Positions 20,239-29,828 of a stretch of DNA of 64,000 nt are shown piece by piece. The DNA comes from Bdellovibrionales bacterium. Its GTDB lineage: Bacteria; Bdellovibrionota; Bdellovibrionia; Bdellovibrionales; UBA1609. Position numbers and translations under genes: made by a program. The stretch is from contig CBDHDF010000011.1 of the NCBI GenBank assembly GCA_965261545.1, forward strand, positions 544,001 to 608,000. Reading direction: 5' to 3'. The notes under the pieces are model-generated. The model saw only the letters and a program-made list of their open reading frames with translations. It had not been told where the DNA came from and searched no databases. The stretch's first letter is position 1; each line of letters starts with the position of its first letter.

Positions 20239-20703
20239 TTAATTGTGTAACGAAAGAACTGTGGACTTTTGGGAACAACAGAATTTAAATTTCTTTCCAC
20301 TTCCGCATGGACAGGATTGATTTCTTCCAATTTTTTCGCTTTGGTCATTTTTCTGCTGTGATGCAGACATATCTTCAGTTACAATTTTTTTTTGCTTTTC
20401 ATCTTCCAAATCCTCATCCAAATTATCAAAAAGAATATCTCCTAGATTCTGGTGAAAGTAACGATTTTTAAATTGAGATATGAGCATCATAAAAATACAT
20501 GTAAGAACCAAAAGTGTGAGTGAAGCAAAAAACAAAGAAGATGCTTGCATCTGAGTTAATGGGAGGATGAGTGCCAGTAAATAACCAAATCCAAATACCA
20601 ATAAGGAAATAAGAAGAGATATAAAGGATCCCAAAGAAAGTAATATTAAAAGTCCAAAAATCATTGCTATTTTTTGCTCCTGTCGAATACAATGAATCCG
20701 CAT
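20239..20703 (-). CDS. Membrane protein with C-terminal SEC-C zinc-binding motif (IS passenger)
   Basis: Hydrophobic N-terminal segments, an acidic linker, then IGRNQSCPCGSGKKFKFCC. Confidence 0.85.
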   Translation of the reverse strand: MRIHCIRQEQKIAMIFGLLILLSLGSFISLLISLLVFGFGYLLALILPLTQMQASSLFFASLTLLVLTCIFMMLISQFKNRYFHQNLGDILFDNLDEDLEDEKQKKIVTEDMSASQQKNDQSEKIGRNQSCPCGSGKKFKFCCSQKSTVLSLHN

Positions 20704-21605
20704 AGATACAAGTGAGTTATCTACAGACTTAATGATTCTCGCGTTAGTATCTTAATAGGTCAAGATTAATTGGAGGAAATTTTTATTTTTTAAACGCAGG
20801 GGGCAAATATGAGCACGGAAGCTCAAACACTTAAAACGATCAAAAAATGTTTCAAGAAAGTTATTCCTGAAAAGGACTCTCGGGCAACCATTCCACCTCT
20901 TGAGTTTATTGTGGCTCTTGTCTTGTCATTCCAGGGAGACTCTAAGACATATTCAATAGAGGGAATTAGGAGGTTTATGATAAGTCATTTAGGATTAAGA
21001 ATTGAAAGACACAGCTTCTGGGAAAGACTCTCTAGAAAAAGATTAAAAGAGCTTCTGAGTAAACTGGTTGAAATGCTCATGATAAAGCTATCTCATGGAG
21101 CTTTTCATGGGAGCAAAGCCATATTATTACAACTGGGAGTCTCAGACGTTCTTCTTGTTGACTCAAGCACAATAAGCCTTTGGGATGGAGCATCTGAGAA
21201 TTTTCCAGGGACAAGAACAAACGCAGGAATTAAATGGCACGCTTGTTTCAGTTTATTCAGTGGTATAATGACTTGGTTCGAATTAACTCCGTCTTCCACT
21301 AACGATAGGAAGTGCTTTCCTGATATAAAGGAACTCGTTGGAAAATTAGTCATCTTTGATTTGGGATATTGGGACTATGGCTTATTGTCATCTATTCATG
21401 AAGCTAAAGGATTTTTCTTGTCTAGAGTGAAGTCAAATGCCTCTATTCTTATTGATGCTGTTGTTGAAGGTTTGCCAGATTACTATGTTGGAAAAGAGTT
21501 CTCTGATATTAAACTCAAGAAAAAAAACGATGTTGTTGAATTTATAGGCAGTGTCTTGTCCAATGGTAAATGGGTAAGTTTGAGAATTGTAGGCTTCTGG
21601 AATTC

Positions 21606-23330
21606 CCTGAATTTCTGCCCAGAAGTATACACCAGGTTTCTTAAGGGCGTATCACATGGTTTTTGAGAACATTTGAGTCTACTGATCGTAATATTCTTTC
21701 TTGATGTTTACTTAAAGTCACAGATCTAATAAATTTATTTTTCTTTTTATTATCACAAAAATAAACATTGTACATATCCTCTAAATCTTCAATTGCTTTT
21801 TCTGACGATATATCTATGCCTTTAGATTTTAAGTTTAATTTTAAAATTGATAGTATAAGATAAGATAAATAGCATATAAACACGTGAGTCTCCACACGTT
21901 TTTTTAATCTAAATCGAATAGGCCTTAACTTTGATACTCCCTTAAGAGTACGAAATGCTTTTTCTATAATATCTTTATCATAATAAAGTCTTACCATATC
22001 TTCATCAGGTATATTTTTAGTACAAAAAATACATGAGTATCCATCAAATTCTTCAGCATTTTGAAGTACGAATTCTCTTAATCTTCCTGTAGAAGTTAAA
22101 TATTTATCAAGACCGATCAAAATTTCTTTATTTTCATTTATTAATTTCTGAGCTTCCACAATTTTGTTTCTTCTAGATTCTTTAATCTCTATTCTCTTAG
22201 TCTCATTATAACAAATGGCTAATTTTCCTTTAATCGATCCAAATTTGTGTGGAATTCCTTTGACATAAATAACATTTCCATTTATTTGAACCATGTTAGA
22301 AAATTGATCCATAGACCCCTTCTTCAACAATTTTCTAATGGCATTCTTTTCTTTTTCTCTCATTGTTAATCCACAAAGTGTTTTCCAGCCCATTTTACCT
22401 ATAGAATTTAGGTTTTTTTCAGAGGTGATGCCTCGGTCATATACAAATAAACCTGAATTCAATCGGTACTCACTAAAACTATCTGAAAGAGACATTAAGG
22501 TTCTACTGTCATGAATATTTCCCTTGAAACTTTTATGAAAAACTGGGATGCCTTCTTTTTGAGTTGTTGCTAAACCTATTTGTATGAGGTCATTTTGACG
22601 TTTGCCATCTTTACTCTTTCCTTTCTCTCCAAAACCACATGTTTTTCCATGAAAATAAGTATTTGTTACATCGTAAACAATTCCTTTTGAATTTAATTTA
22701 TATATCTTCTTTACATTGTTAAAGATATTTCTTTGATATTCATGTATCTTAGATTCATTTAGATTATCCATGGCTGAGACTAAACGATTTTCTGTTAGCT
22801 TGTCTAAACCTAAAAGAAGATTTAAATCTGTACGCTTATACCATGATGGCATTTTGTGAACACTCTTATAATCCATACAATGAGCATAAACCATACTTAA
22901 TATTTCATTAGAATATTCTCCTAGAATATCTGGAAGATTAATCTTCTTCGCAATACTATGAAATACAAGAAGTGGGCCATAAATTTTTACACTATCAACT
23001 TGAAGATCTTTTGATGAAAGAGAAATTACTGTTTCACCGTCGACTTCTTTGCCAAGATAACGAATGTGTTTTTGCACAGACTTACCATCAATCCACTTAT
23101 TTTCAACCTCAGCTAAATAAACTTGACCGTTCTTTTTCTTTATTCTTCTTATAAAACTCATTTCACCCCCTTTGTCATGGTGTATATTTTATACACCATT
23201 TTTGAGAAAATGAAAATAGATTTTTTATTAAAATCTAAGAAAAAATTGAATTTTCCCTTTGAAAATGAGATTTTTTCAAAATTTTTGAAGAAGAATAATC
23301 CTGGTGTATATTTTTAACCATGAATTCAGG
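21606..23330 (-). mobile_element. IS1634-family element IS1634-b, complete
   Basis: Ends CCTGAATT... / ...AATTCAGG, flanked by duplicated GGAATTC. TSD is 5-7 bp; ends are ambiguous by 1 nt. Confidence 0.88.
21641..23161 (-). CDS. IS1634-family transposase
   Basis: YDVTNTYF, YDRG, IEKAFRTLK..LRPIR and HVFICYLSY motifs. Homologous to IS1634-a. Confidence 0.93.
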   Translation of the reverse strand: MSFIRRIKKKNGQVYLAEVENKWIDGKSVQKHIRYLGKEVDGETVISLSSKDLQVDSVKIYGPLLVFHSIAKKINLPDILGEYSNEILSMVYAHCMDYKSVHKMPSWYKRTDLNLLLGLDKLTENRLVSAMDNLNESKIHEYQRNIFNNVKKIYKLNSKGIVYDVTNTYFHGKTCGFGEKGKSKDGKRQNDLIQIGLATTQKEGIPVFHKSFKGNIHDSRTLMSLSDSFSEYRLNSGLFVYDRGITSEKNLNSIGKMGWKTLCGLTMREKEKNAIRKLLKKGSMDQFSNMVQINGNVIYVKGIPHKFGSIKGKLAICYNETKRIEIKESRRNKIVEAQKLINENKEILIGLDKYLTSTGRLREFVLQNAEEFDGYSCIFCTKNIPDEDMVRLYYDKDIIEKAFRTLKGVSKLRPIRFRLKKRVETHVFICYLSYLILSILKLNLKSKGIDISSEKAIEDLEDMYNVYFCDNKKKNKFIRSVTLSKHQERILRSVDSNVLKNHVIRP

Positions 23331-24057
23331 GGAATTCCTCCGAAAAACGCTATCATTGGTATTGCACGAATTTAGATGTGGCAGCGGAGTCCATATATCC
23401 AATTTATCGTTTACGTTGGCAATGTGAACTTATTTTCAAATCTTGTAAGAATTCTTTGAATGCAAATCAGATCACCTCAAACGATCAAAATATCATAGAG
23501 AGTCTTCTTCTTGCTTCATTAGCGGCTCACCTCACATCAAGTGTTGTTTTGAGGATAGGAAGAACTAAACTCAATAAGGAACAAAATGACTCCACATCGT
23601 TTCAAAGAGTTGCTAAGGTTACCGTCTTATTAGCCTCTGATTTTATCAAATATCTCCTAAGCTCATCTCAAAAGTATTTAAATATTTTGATAGAGAAGAT
23701 CAAGATATTCTCCCATGAAATTTATGACACAAACTACCGACGGCGAAAAACATCAATGAATATGGCTAAAAAGGTCTTGCTATGAAAGAATAAAAAACCA
23801 CGAACACCTATGAGAGTATTCTATATAAAAAAAGTAGACTATTCATTTAACAGAGTTAAAGGAAAGTTGGCTATTTGTTATAATGATCGGAAAAGAGTTG
23901 AAATACAAGAGTCTCGTCATCGTGAGATACAGCATGCTCAAAAATCATTATCTAAAGGGAAACCTATTAAGGCATGTTTAGAAAAGTATTTTACCCCCTC
24001 AGGAAGGATAAGGAAAAATATATTGGAGAGTGACGAAGAGATTGATGGATATTTTTG

Positions 24058-25944
24058 GGGACTGTAAAAATAATTGTGTAACTGCAATTTTTTTCTTAAA
24101 TCTTAAAGCCACTTATGTGGCTCCACTCCTGGTAAAAAGCACAGTCCCATATTATTCGTCAATGTATAATTGACATTTTTTCCTTCAAGCGATTTTGTCA
24201 GTCACAATGCATTATAAGTTAATGGGGAGGGGACATCTTCGCTGGTCTATATAATTGGCCTCTTTAGTTACTCTGGACTTTTGATTGTATTATGGAGCCG
24301 TAATGGGATCATATCAGAACTGGAAAGAACTCAAATAAATAATTATCATCTTGGTTGAAAAAAAATCAGCAATGGCTCTCTCAAAAAAATGGAAATTCCA
24401 ATCTCATCAAAGGGTTCATGTGTTTAGGTTCCCATACTATATTACCCCCTTTTTTTTATTTTTTTTAACTTAGGATATTCGAGAAATACCAGAATTGGGA
24501 TGAAATATGAAAAAAAATGGAAACCCAAATCTGCACCAAGAGGGCATGTATTTAGGTTCCCATACTATATTACCCTAACCATAGTCTCGGTATTCCAGTA
24601 CTTCTGTCAACGCCTTAGAGGGGCTTTTAAGCCCCCTTAAAGGCAGGTGGTGGACCTTATTAAAAAACTTAGTTGTCAAAACGGTCACCGTATTCAATGG
24701 CAAACCTGTTCATGGCTGGCTTCCAGTTGTGTAATGGTCGTGTCCATCGCTTAGAGGCCATTTTTATCGCTAAATATACAACTTTTAAAGCCGACCGATC
24801 ACTGGGAAATATCTTACGATTTCTGATCGCCTTGCGGATCACGCTATTTAACGACTCTATGGCGTTTGTGGTATAAAAAATCTTTCTGATTTCATCCGGA
24901 TAATCGAAAATAGTGATGAGATTGTCCCAATTCCTACGCCAAGACTTTTCAATATTCGGATACTTTGAAGACCACTTGGTACAAAATTCCTCAAGGGCCT
25001 TTTCAGCTTCTGTCAGAGTCGTAGAGCCATAAATGGACTTGAGGTCTTGGGCGACAGCTTTCATATCCTTGGAAGGAACATAGCGAAGGGAATTGCGGAC
25101 CATATGGACAATGCACAGTTGCACTTTAGACTTGGGAAAAGCCGCTGAAATGGCTTGAGGAAAACCTGTAAGACCATCTACAGAAAATATAAATACATCT
25201 TTCAACCCTCGATTTTGCAGCTCAGTCAAAACACTCAACCAAAACTTTGAACCCTCATTTTCAGAAATCCATAGGCCCAACAAGTCTTTCTGACCCTCCT
25301 CTGTAATACCAAGAGCTAGGTAAATCGCCTTATTAATAACTCTCTTGTCTTGATGGACCTTCACCACGATACAGTCCAAAAATACGATAGGGTAAGTGCT
25401 ATCCAAGGGGCGGTTCTGCCAAGCCGTAACTTCATCAATAACAGCATCCGTCACGTTGGCTATCACTGAGTGGGATATCTCTGCACCATGGTAGAGGTCT
25501 TTGATAGCTCCTTGAATATCCCTGGTCGTCATTCCCCTCGCATAGAGGGTCAGGATACTGTCTTCAAAGCCCTCAAGACGAGTCTTACCCTTGGGAATGA
25601 CTTGAGGTTCAAAGGAGGCACTTCGGTCACGGGGGACCTGAAGCTCCACCTCGCCTTTCTCTCCCTTTATGGTCTTTCTACTGTAACCATTGCGAGTGTT
25701 GGATTTGCGGGTCTCAGACTTCTCATGCCTCTCATAACCTAGGTGATCGTCCATTTCCGCATTAAGGGCCGTCTCTAAAACAACCTTCATCAGTTGACCC
25801 GTTATGTCGGATAAATCCTTTTGGGTCTTGACGTTCTTCGCTAGTTCCTTGCCTATTGTCTTGATATCCATTCTGCCTTCTCCTTTCAGGATGATAGTTC
25901 ATCCTAATATGATTCGGCAGTTACACAAAATAGTTTACAGGCTC
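24058..25944 (-). mobile_element. IS256-family element, complete (1,887 bp)
   Basis: 27-bp imperfect IRs (GGGACTGTAAAAATAATTGTGTAACTG / GAGCCTGTAAACTATTTTGTGTAACTG). 8-bp TSD TATTTTTG at 24050-24057 and 25945-25952. Confidence 0.95.
24669..25871 (-). CDS. IS256-family (Mutator) transposase
   Basis: RNGY, VPRDR, VDGLTGF, QLCIVHMVRN and YTTNAIESLN motifs. Confidence 0.97.
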   Translation of the reverse strand: MDIKTIGKELAKNVKTQKDLSDITGQLMKVVLETALNAEMDDHLGYERHEKSETRKSNTRNGYSRKTIKGEKGEVELQVPRDRSASFEPQVIPKGKTRLEGFEDSILTLYARGMTTRDIQGAIKDLYHGAEISHSVIANVTDAVIDEVTAWQNRPLDSTYPIVFLDCIVVKVHQDKRVINKAIYLALGITEEGQKDLLGLWISENEGSKFWLSVLTELQNRGLKDVFIFSVDGLTGFPQAISAAFPKSKVQLCIVHMVRNSLRYVPSKDMKAVAQDLKSIYGSTTLTEAEKALEEFCTKWSSKYPNIEKSWRRNWDNLITIFDYPDEIRKIFYTTNAIESLNSVIRKAIRNRKIFPSDRSALKVVYLAIKMASKRWTRPLHNWKPAMNRFAIEYGDRFDN

Positions 25945-26790
25945 TATTTTTGCCTTTTCTGCACAAAAAATATTCAAAACAAAGAAATGATAAAACTATA
26001 CTTTGATAAAGATATAGTAGAAAAATCTTTTCGTACTTTGAAGGGAGTATCTAATTTGCGTCCAGTACGTCATTGGCTTTCAAATAGAGTTGTTGCACAT
26101 GTTTTTATCTGTTATTTATCTTATTTAATACTTTCTATCCTGAGGATGCATTTGAAAGATATGGATATTTCTCCTTTAAAGGCTCTTAAAGATTTAGAAA
26201 GTATGTATAGGGTTTATTTATATGATAAAAGGAAAAAACATCAATTTATTAGAACAGTCATTCTTAGTAAACGCCAAAAACTAATTTTAAAATCTGTAGA
26301 TAAGAATTTAATTAAGGAGTGTTGTGTATAAAAACGACCACGAAGTCAAGTCTTTACTCTCGTCGTTGGGAAATAGAAACGACATTTCGTGATTTTACAT
26401 CGACAATGAAAATGGAGCAGTGGCACTCAACAAGCCTTAATGGAATATTGCAAGAGCTGTATTCTTATTTTTGGCTCTTCAATTATACAAAGATTCAAAT
26501 GAGCATAAATGAGGATGAAGACAGTGTGAATCAGTTGGTAAAAAATGACTACAAAAAACCTAACTTTAAACTGATTCTTGATTTCATAATGGATAGCATC
26601 CCCCTTTTTGTTGCGGGGCTCTATCAGAAATTTAGGAAGCAGATAAAGTTGCTGATGAAGATTTCAATGGAGAAGAGGAGGCACTTCAAAAGAAGCTATG
26701 AAAGGTCTATCAAAAGGGCTGGGAGTTCTTTTAAAAGAAATAGCTTAACGCAGAGGCAGAGGGGTGTGGTGGCTTAAGGAAACGGCATTG

Positions 26791-27561
26791 CTGTAGGAGT
26801 AGACGGCACTTGTATGTTAATGGTTGAAGATGGTTGGCGAGAAGCCATGGTGGGAACAATTAGTTTATATGACAATAAGGGAAGTCGCATGCATACGATT
26901 CAAGTAGGAGCAACACCAGAGTATGGTAAGGGTAAATTTTATTCAAGATTTGAGAAGGAGTTGACTCAGGTAAAAGAGAGACACCCTAAGTCTACCTATA
27001 TTGGTATTGCAGATGGAGCCAAGTCAAATTGGGATTATTTAAAGAGTAAAACAGATAATCAGACCATTGATTTTTGGCATGCATCAGAGTACTTGGGGAG
27101 GGCTGCGGGGGCTATGTTTGCTGGTGACAAGAAAAAATCTGAACGTAAGGAGTGGCTTGATAACGCATGTCATAATCTTAAGCATAATATAGGGGCAGCG
27201 ACCCGCTTACTCAATGAGCTCAAGGGGTTTAAAGACACTCATCGACTGAGTCAAGCCAAGAAAGGGAGTTAGTGTCTGCCATTACATATTTTGAGAATAA
27301 TAAGTCTAAAATGAGATATGCACAAAATCAGGAGAATAACTTCCAATTGGCTCAGGTGTTACAGAGGCAGCATGTAAGACATTAATAAAACAAAGGCTTT
27401 GCAATTCTGGGATGAGGTGGAAAGAGAAAGGAGCAGCTTCTGTCATTTCTTTACGATCTTTAAGCCATACGGACTGTCGATGGGGTCAGTTCTGGCAAAA
27501 AATTGATCAATATGGGTATCCCGTGGCTGCATAAATACTACAGTATATCGTTAGCACACCC
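26791..27561 (+). pseudogene. ISKra4-like transposase C-terminal remnant with element end
   Basis: VDG, GWREAMVG, IADGAKSNW, DFWHASEYL, then frameshifted IGSGVTEAACK..KQRL..SGMRW to a stop at 27534. Probable end ...TTAGCACACCC. Confidence 0.75.
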
Positions 27562-27588
27562 TCTTTGCACGAAGCACCAATCAACTCG

Positions 27589-27652
27589 TAGGTCCTCCTC
27601 TGAAAAGTGGCCACTTTTCATTGGCGACGGTGGGGCATTTTAATTGTCAGCT
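27589..27652 (-). repeat. Orphan 64-bp copy of the IS21-b left end
   Basis: Reverse complement of 13241-13304; lacks the terminal TGTT. Confidence 0.92.
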
Positions 27653-27843
27653 TTTTGGGATAAATTAACTCCACATCAGAAAAAAGTTATAGAGCTAATG
27701 GGGGTGCCGTTATCAAAATTCTCTAAATGATATGGTGTATTATTTGATTGCCGCCCAGAACTGTAGGGAAGAACTTTTTTCATTTTTTACTGCGGAATGT
27801 AGGTTATGTTTTAACGAAACTTTGGGTGACTATCTTTTTACTT

Positions 27844-28788
27844 TTATGCCTTTCTCCAGTAAAGCCTCTCAGGGAGTTGAGCTAAATCATCTATGAGGCA
27901 CCACTCATGGGGCTTAAGGTAGGCCTTTAAGTTCTCAAGATGATGATGATAGAGTTCAATGATCTGAATGTTTATTTGATCGAAACTTGCCACAGTTTCA
28001 TTCCACAGGGACTCTCCAACAATAGCTTTAAGCTCCTCCATACTCTGACACCCTTGAAGCCCCCCTTTTTGAATCTTGTTGAGCCTTTTTGTCAAATAAG
28101 CTCCAAAGGAGTTTAAGTAGCCTGATTTTAAATCAGAAAGAACCGTCTTTTTCTCATAGTTGCGCACGTCAAAATCGAGCAAGTCATCACTGCGCTGAAA
28201 AAGGAGGCCAAGCAGAGTTCCCTGTTCAGTGAGAATGGAGTGTAGTACTGAATCGTACCTTTCGTGACAGAGAAAGGGAGCGCACATGCACCACTTGAAA
28301 AGCGAAGCTGTCTTGAGGTTATGAACTTGGTCTAAATTCTCTAGACTCACACTCCAATCACTGACAAGGGAATCCTGTATCCATTCTCCCTCCAAAAGGT
28401 CGCCAATCATCTCTGCTGTGTATTGAATTAAGCGCAGGTTGCCGTGGCGAGAAAGACGTATCATCACTTGGGCCAGTAGATAATCACCGGCGAGAACGGC
28501 ATACTCAGGGGTGTACTTATGCCAAGCAGCCTTCTTATTGCGACGCAGTGTGGAGCGATCCATGAGATCATCGTGCAAAAGAGAGGCATTGTGGATAAAC
28601 TCAATGGCTTGACAAAGCAACTGGATTTGCTTATCTGTGAGCTTCAAGGGCTTAGAAATTCTTTGAATAAGCTGGGAGCGTAGGCCCTTGCCATGGGAAA
28701 AAAGGTCTTTGTAAAGAGCATTAAGCTTAGGCAAGTAGGATGGAAAACTTTCTGCTTCGTATATCTTTGTTTTCATCTTAATCTTCAC
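27844..28788 (-). CDS. Polyprenyl diphosphate synthase
   Basis: ASLLHDDLMD..RR, KTASLF and FQRSDDLLD (two DDxxD motifs). Confidence 0.92.
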   Translation of the reverse strand: MKIKMKTKIYEAESFPSYLPKLNALYKDLFSHGKGLRSQLIQRISKPLKLTDKQIQLLCQAIEFIHNASLLHDDLMDRSTLRRNKKAAWHKYTPEYAVLAGDYLLAQVMIRLSRHGNLRLIQYTAEMIGDLLEGEWIQDSLVSDWSVSLENLDQVHNLKTASLFKWCMCAPFLCHERYDSVLHSILTEQGTLLGLLFQRSDDLLDFDVRNYEKKTVLSDLKSGYLNSFGAYLTKRLNKIQKGGLQGCQSMEELKAIVGESLWNETVASFDQINIQIIELYHHHLENLKAYLKPHEWCLIDDLAQLPERLYWRKA

Positions 28789-28810
28789 CTCATCCTTACA
28801 CTCACATAGA

Positions 28811-29761
28811 CTAGTGACGTGGATTCACCTTTAATCTAAAGCGACCTAGTTTTATTTTTATATCCATTTGCACCAATCTTTTGCGAGGATCATCAGTTAA
28901 CCATATTAAGATATCGCCAGTGGGTTTGAACCTTCCCTCCACATCAAGTTTTGGTTGCAAAACAATAGTGTTTAAAGTGCCTATCGCAGTATGAAGCTTT
29001 TCCTTGCGAAGAATCTCTGCGGTAAAAATTATGTTTTTACCTTTCTTAGCAACTTTGAATACCCAGGTCTTGTTAAGGCTCAAGTCCAAGGATCTCAAAT
29101 AGTACATGGCACTCACAATGTTTTGAGAAAAGGGCTCAATATTCCAATCTTTTTTCTTTACTCTTACTTTTCCATTTTTTATCCTTTTTTCTTCCCTGTA
29201 GTGACCTTTGAGATTTTTCCAATCAAAATATGTATGAATTTTGCGCTTTTTACCCTTGGTTTTCATATGAATATTCAATTTGTAAGGAGTCATTGTTTCA
29301 TAGTCCATATAGGTTTCCGCAAAATCGTCCACAGAGTAAAAATAGGAAAAAAAACCTTTGGATTTAAGAGTTAACACAAAGTGATAGAACTTGCTCCCAT
29401 TTATTTTTACAAAGGGACGAACTTCCATGATAAATTGGCCCACTTTCATATTGAAATAAGTCACATCAAGAGCTGTTCTCTCTCCAACAATAAAAGGGTC
29501 CACCAATGGCCTTCGACCATGGAGTTTATGGACTTTTTTCTGAGTGGAGTTTCTTTGTTTAGTTAAAGTCGTTTTTTTGATTGAATCCATTTTTTTGGTG
29601 GAAACAGCCCTTTTTGTTAAATTGAAGGCCTGCCCAAGAGCCTTTTCACACCATAAAAAGGTGGTCATAGAACTCCCATAAACTCCCACCACAATCGCAG
29701 TCACAGTCAGCACGTGCTTCAACCTCAATTTCATTGCCGTCTCATTTTTACAGTTTTCCAC
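28811..29761 (-). CDS. DUF3108-like exported protein
   Basis: PFIVGE, S.MYYLR and C-terminal IWLTDDPRKRLVQ..KIKLG pattern. Confidence 0.7.
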   Translation of the reverse strand: MENCKNETAMKLRLKHVLTVTAIVVGVYGSSMTTFLWCEKALGQAFNLTKRAVSTKKMDSIKKTTLTKQRNSTQKKVHKLHGRRPLVDPFIVGERTALDVTYFNMKVGQFIMEVRPFVKINGSKFYHFVLTLKSKGFFSYFYSVDDFAETYMDYETMTPYKLNIHMKTKGKKRKIHTYFDWKNLKGHYREEKRIKNGKVRVKKKDWNIEPFSQNIVSAMYYLRSLDLSLNKTWVFKVAKKGKNIIFTAEILRKEKLHTAIGTLNTIVLQPKLDVEGRFKPTGDILIWLTDDPRKRLVQMDIKIKLGRFRLKVNPRH

Positions 29762-29828
29762 TACTTAAGTTTCTACTCAATAAAACGCAAATAATCAAGC
29801 GCTGAGAGGGGACGAACCAGCCCGTTTT

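Larger units (their letters stand above)
20809..23785 (+). pseudogene. IS4-family transposase split by IS1634-b (20809-21605 + 23338-23785)
   Basis: LVDSST, FDLGY and YRLRWQCELIFK motifs. Rejoined junction reads GFWNSSEKRYHWYCTNL. Confidence 0.9.
20063..23812 (+). mobile_element. IS4-family element IS4-b with a passenger gene, interrupted by IS1634-b
   Basis: 21-bp IR CATAGGTGTTCGTGGTTTTTT at both ends. 10-bp TSD AGAGTATTCT at 20053-20062 and 23813-23822. Confidence 0.93.
18995..26350 (+). mobile_element. IS1634-family element IS1634-a; transposase pseudogene in three pieces (19172-20062, 23823-24057, 25953-26331)
   Basis: IRs CTTGAATTCGTGG / CCACGAAGTCAAG. 6-bp TSD TCTTTA at 18989-18994 and 26351-26356. 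YDVTNTY and YDRG motifs. Extra frameshift in the A-run near 19190. Confidence 0.92.
18012..26790 (+). mobile_element. IS-A copy 3, interrupted by IS1634-a and its nested elements
   Basis: IRs at 18012-18029 and 26773-26790. Transposase halves at 18369-18994 and 26357-26777. Flanks do not form a TSD. Confidence 0.93.

Noticed and set aside
20239..20703. secA fragment
   Set aside because: Only the SEC-C motif is shared; the rest is hydrophobic and unlike SecA.
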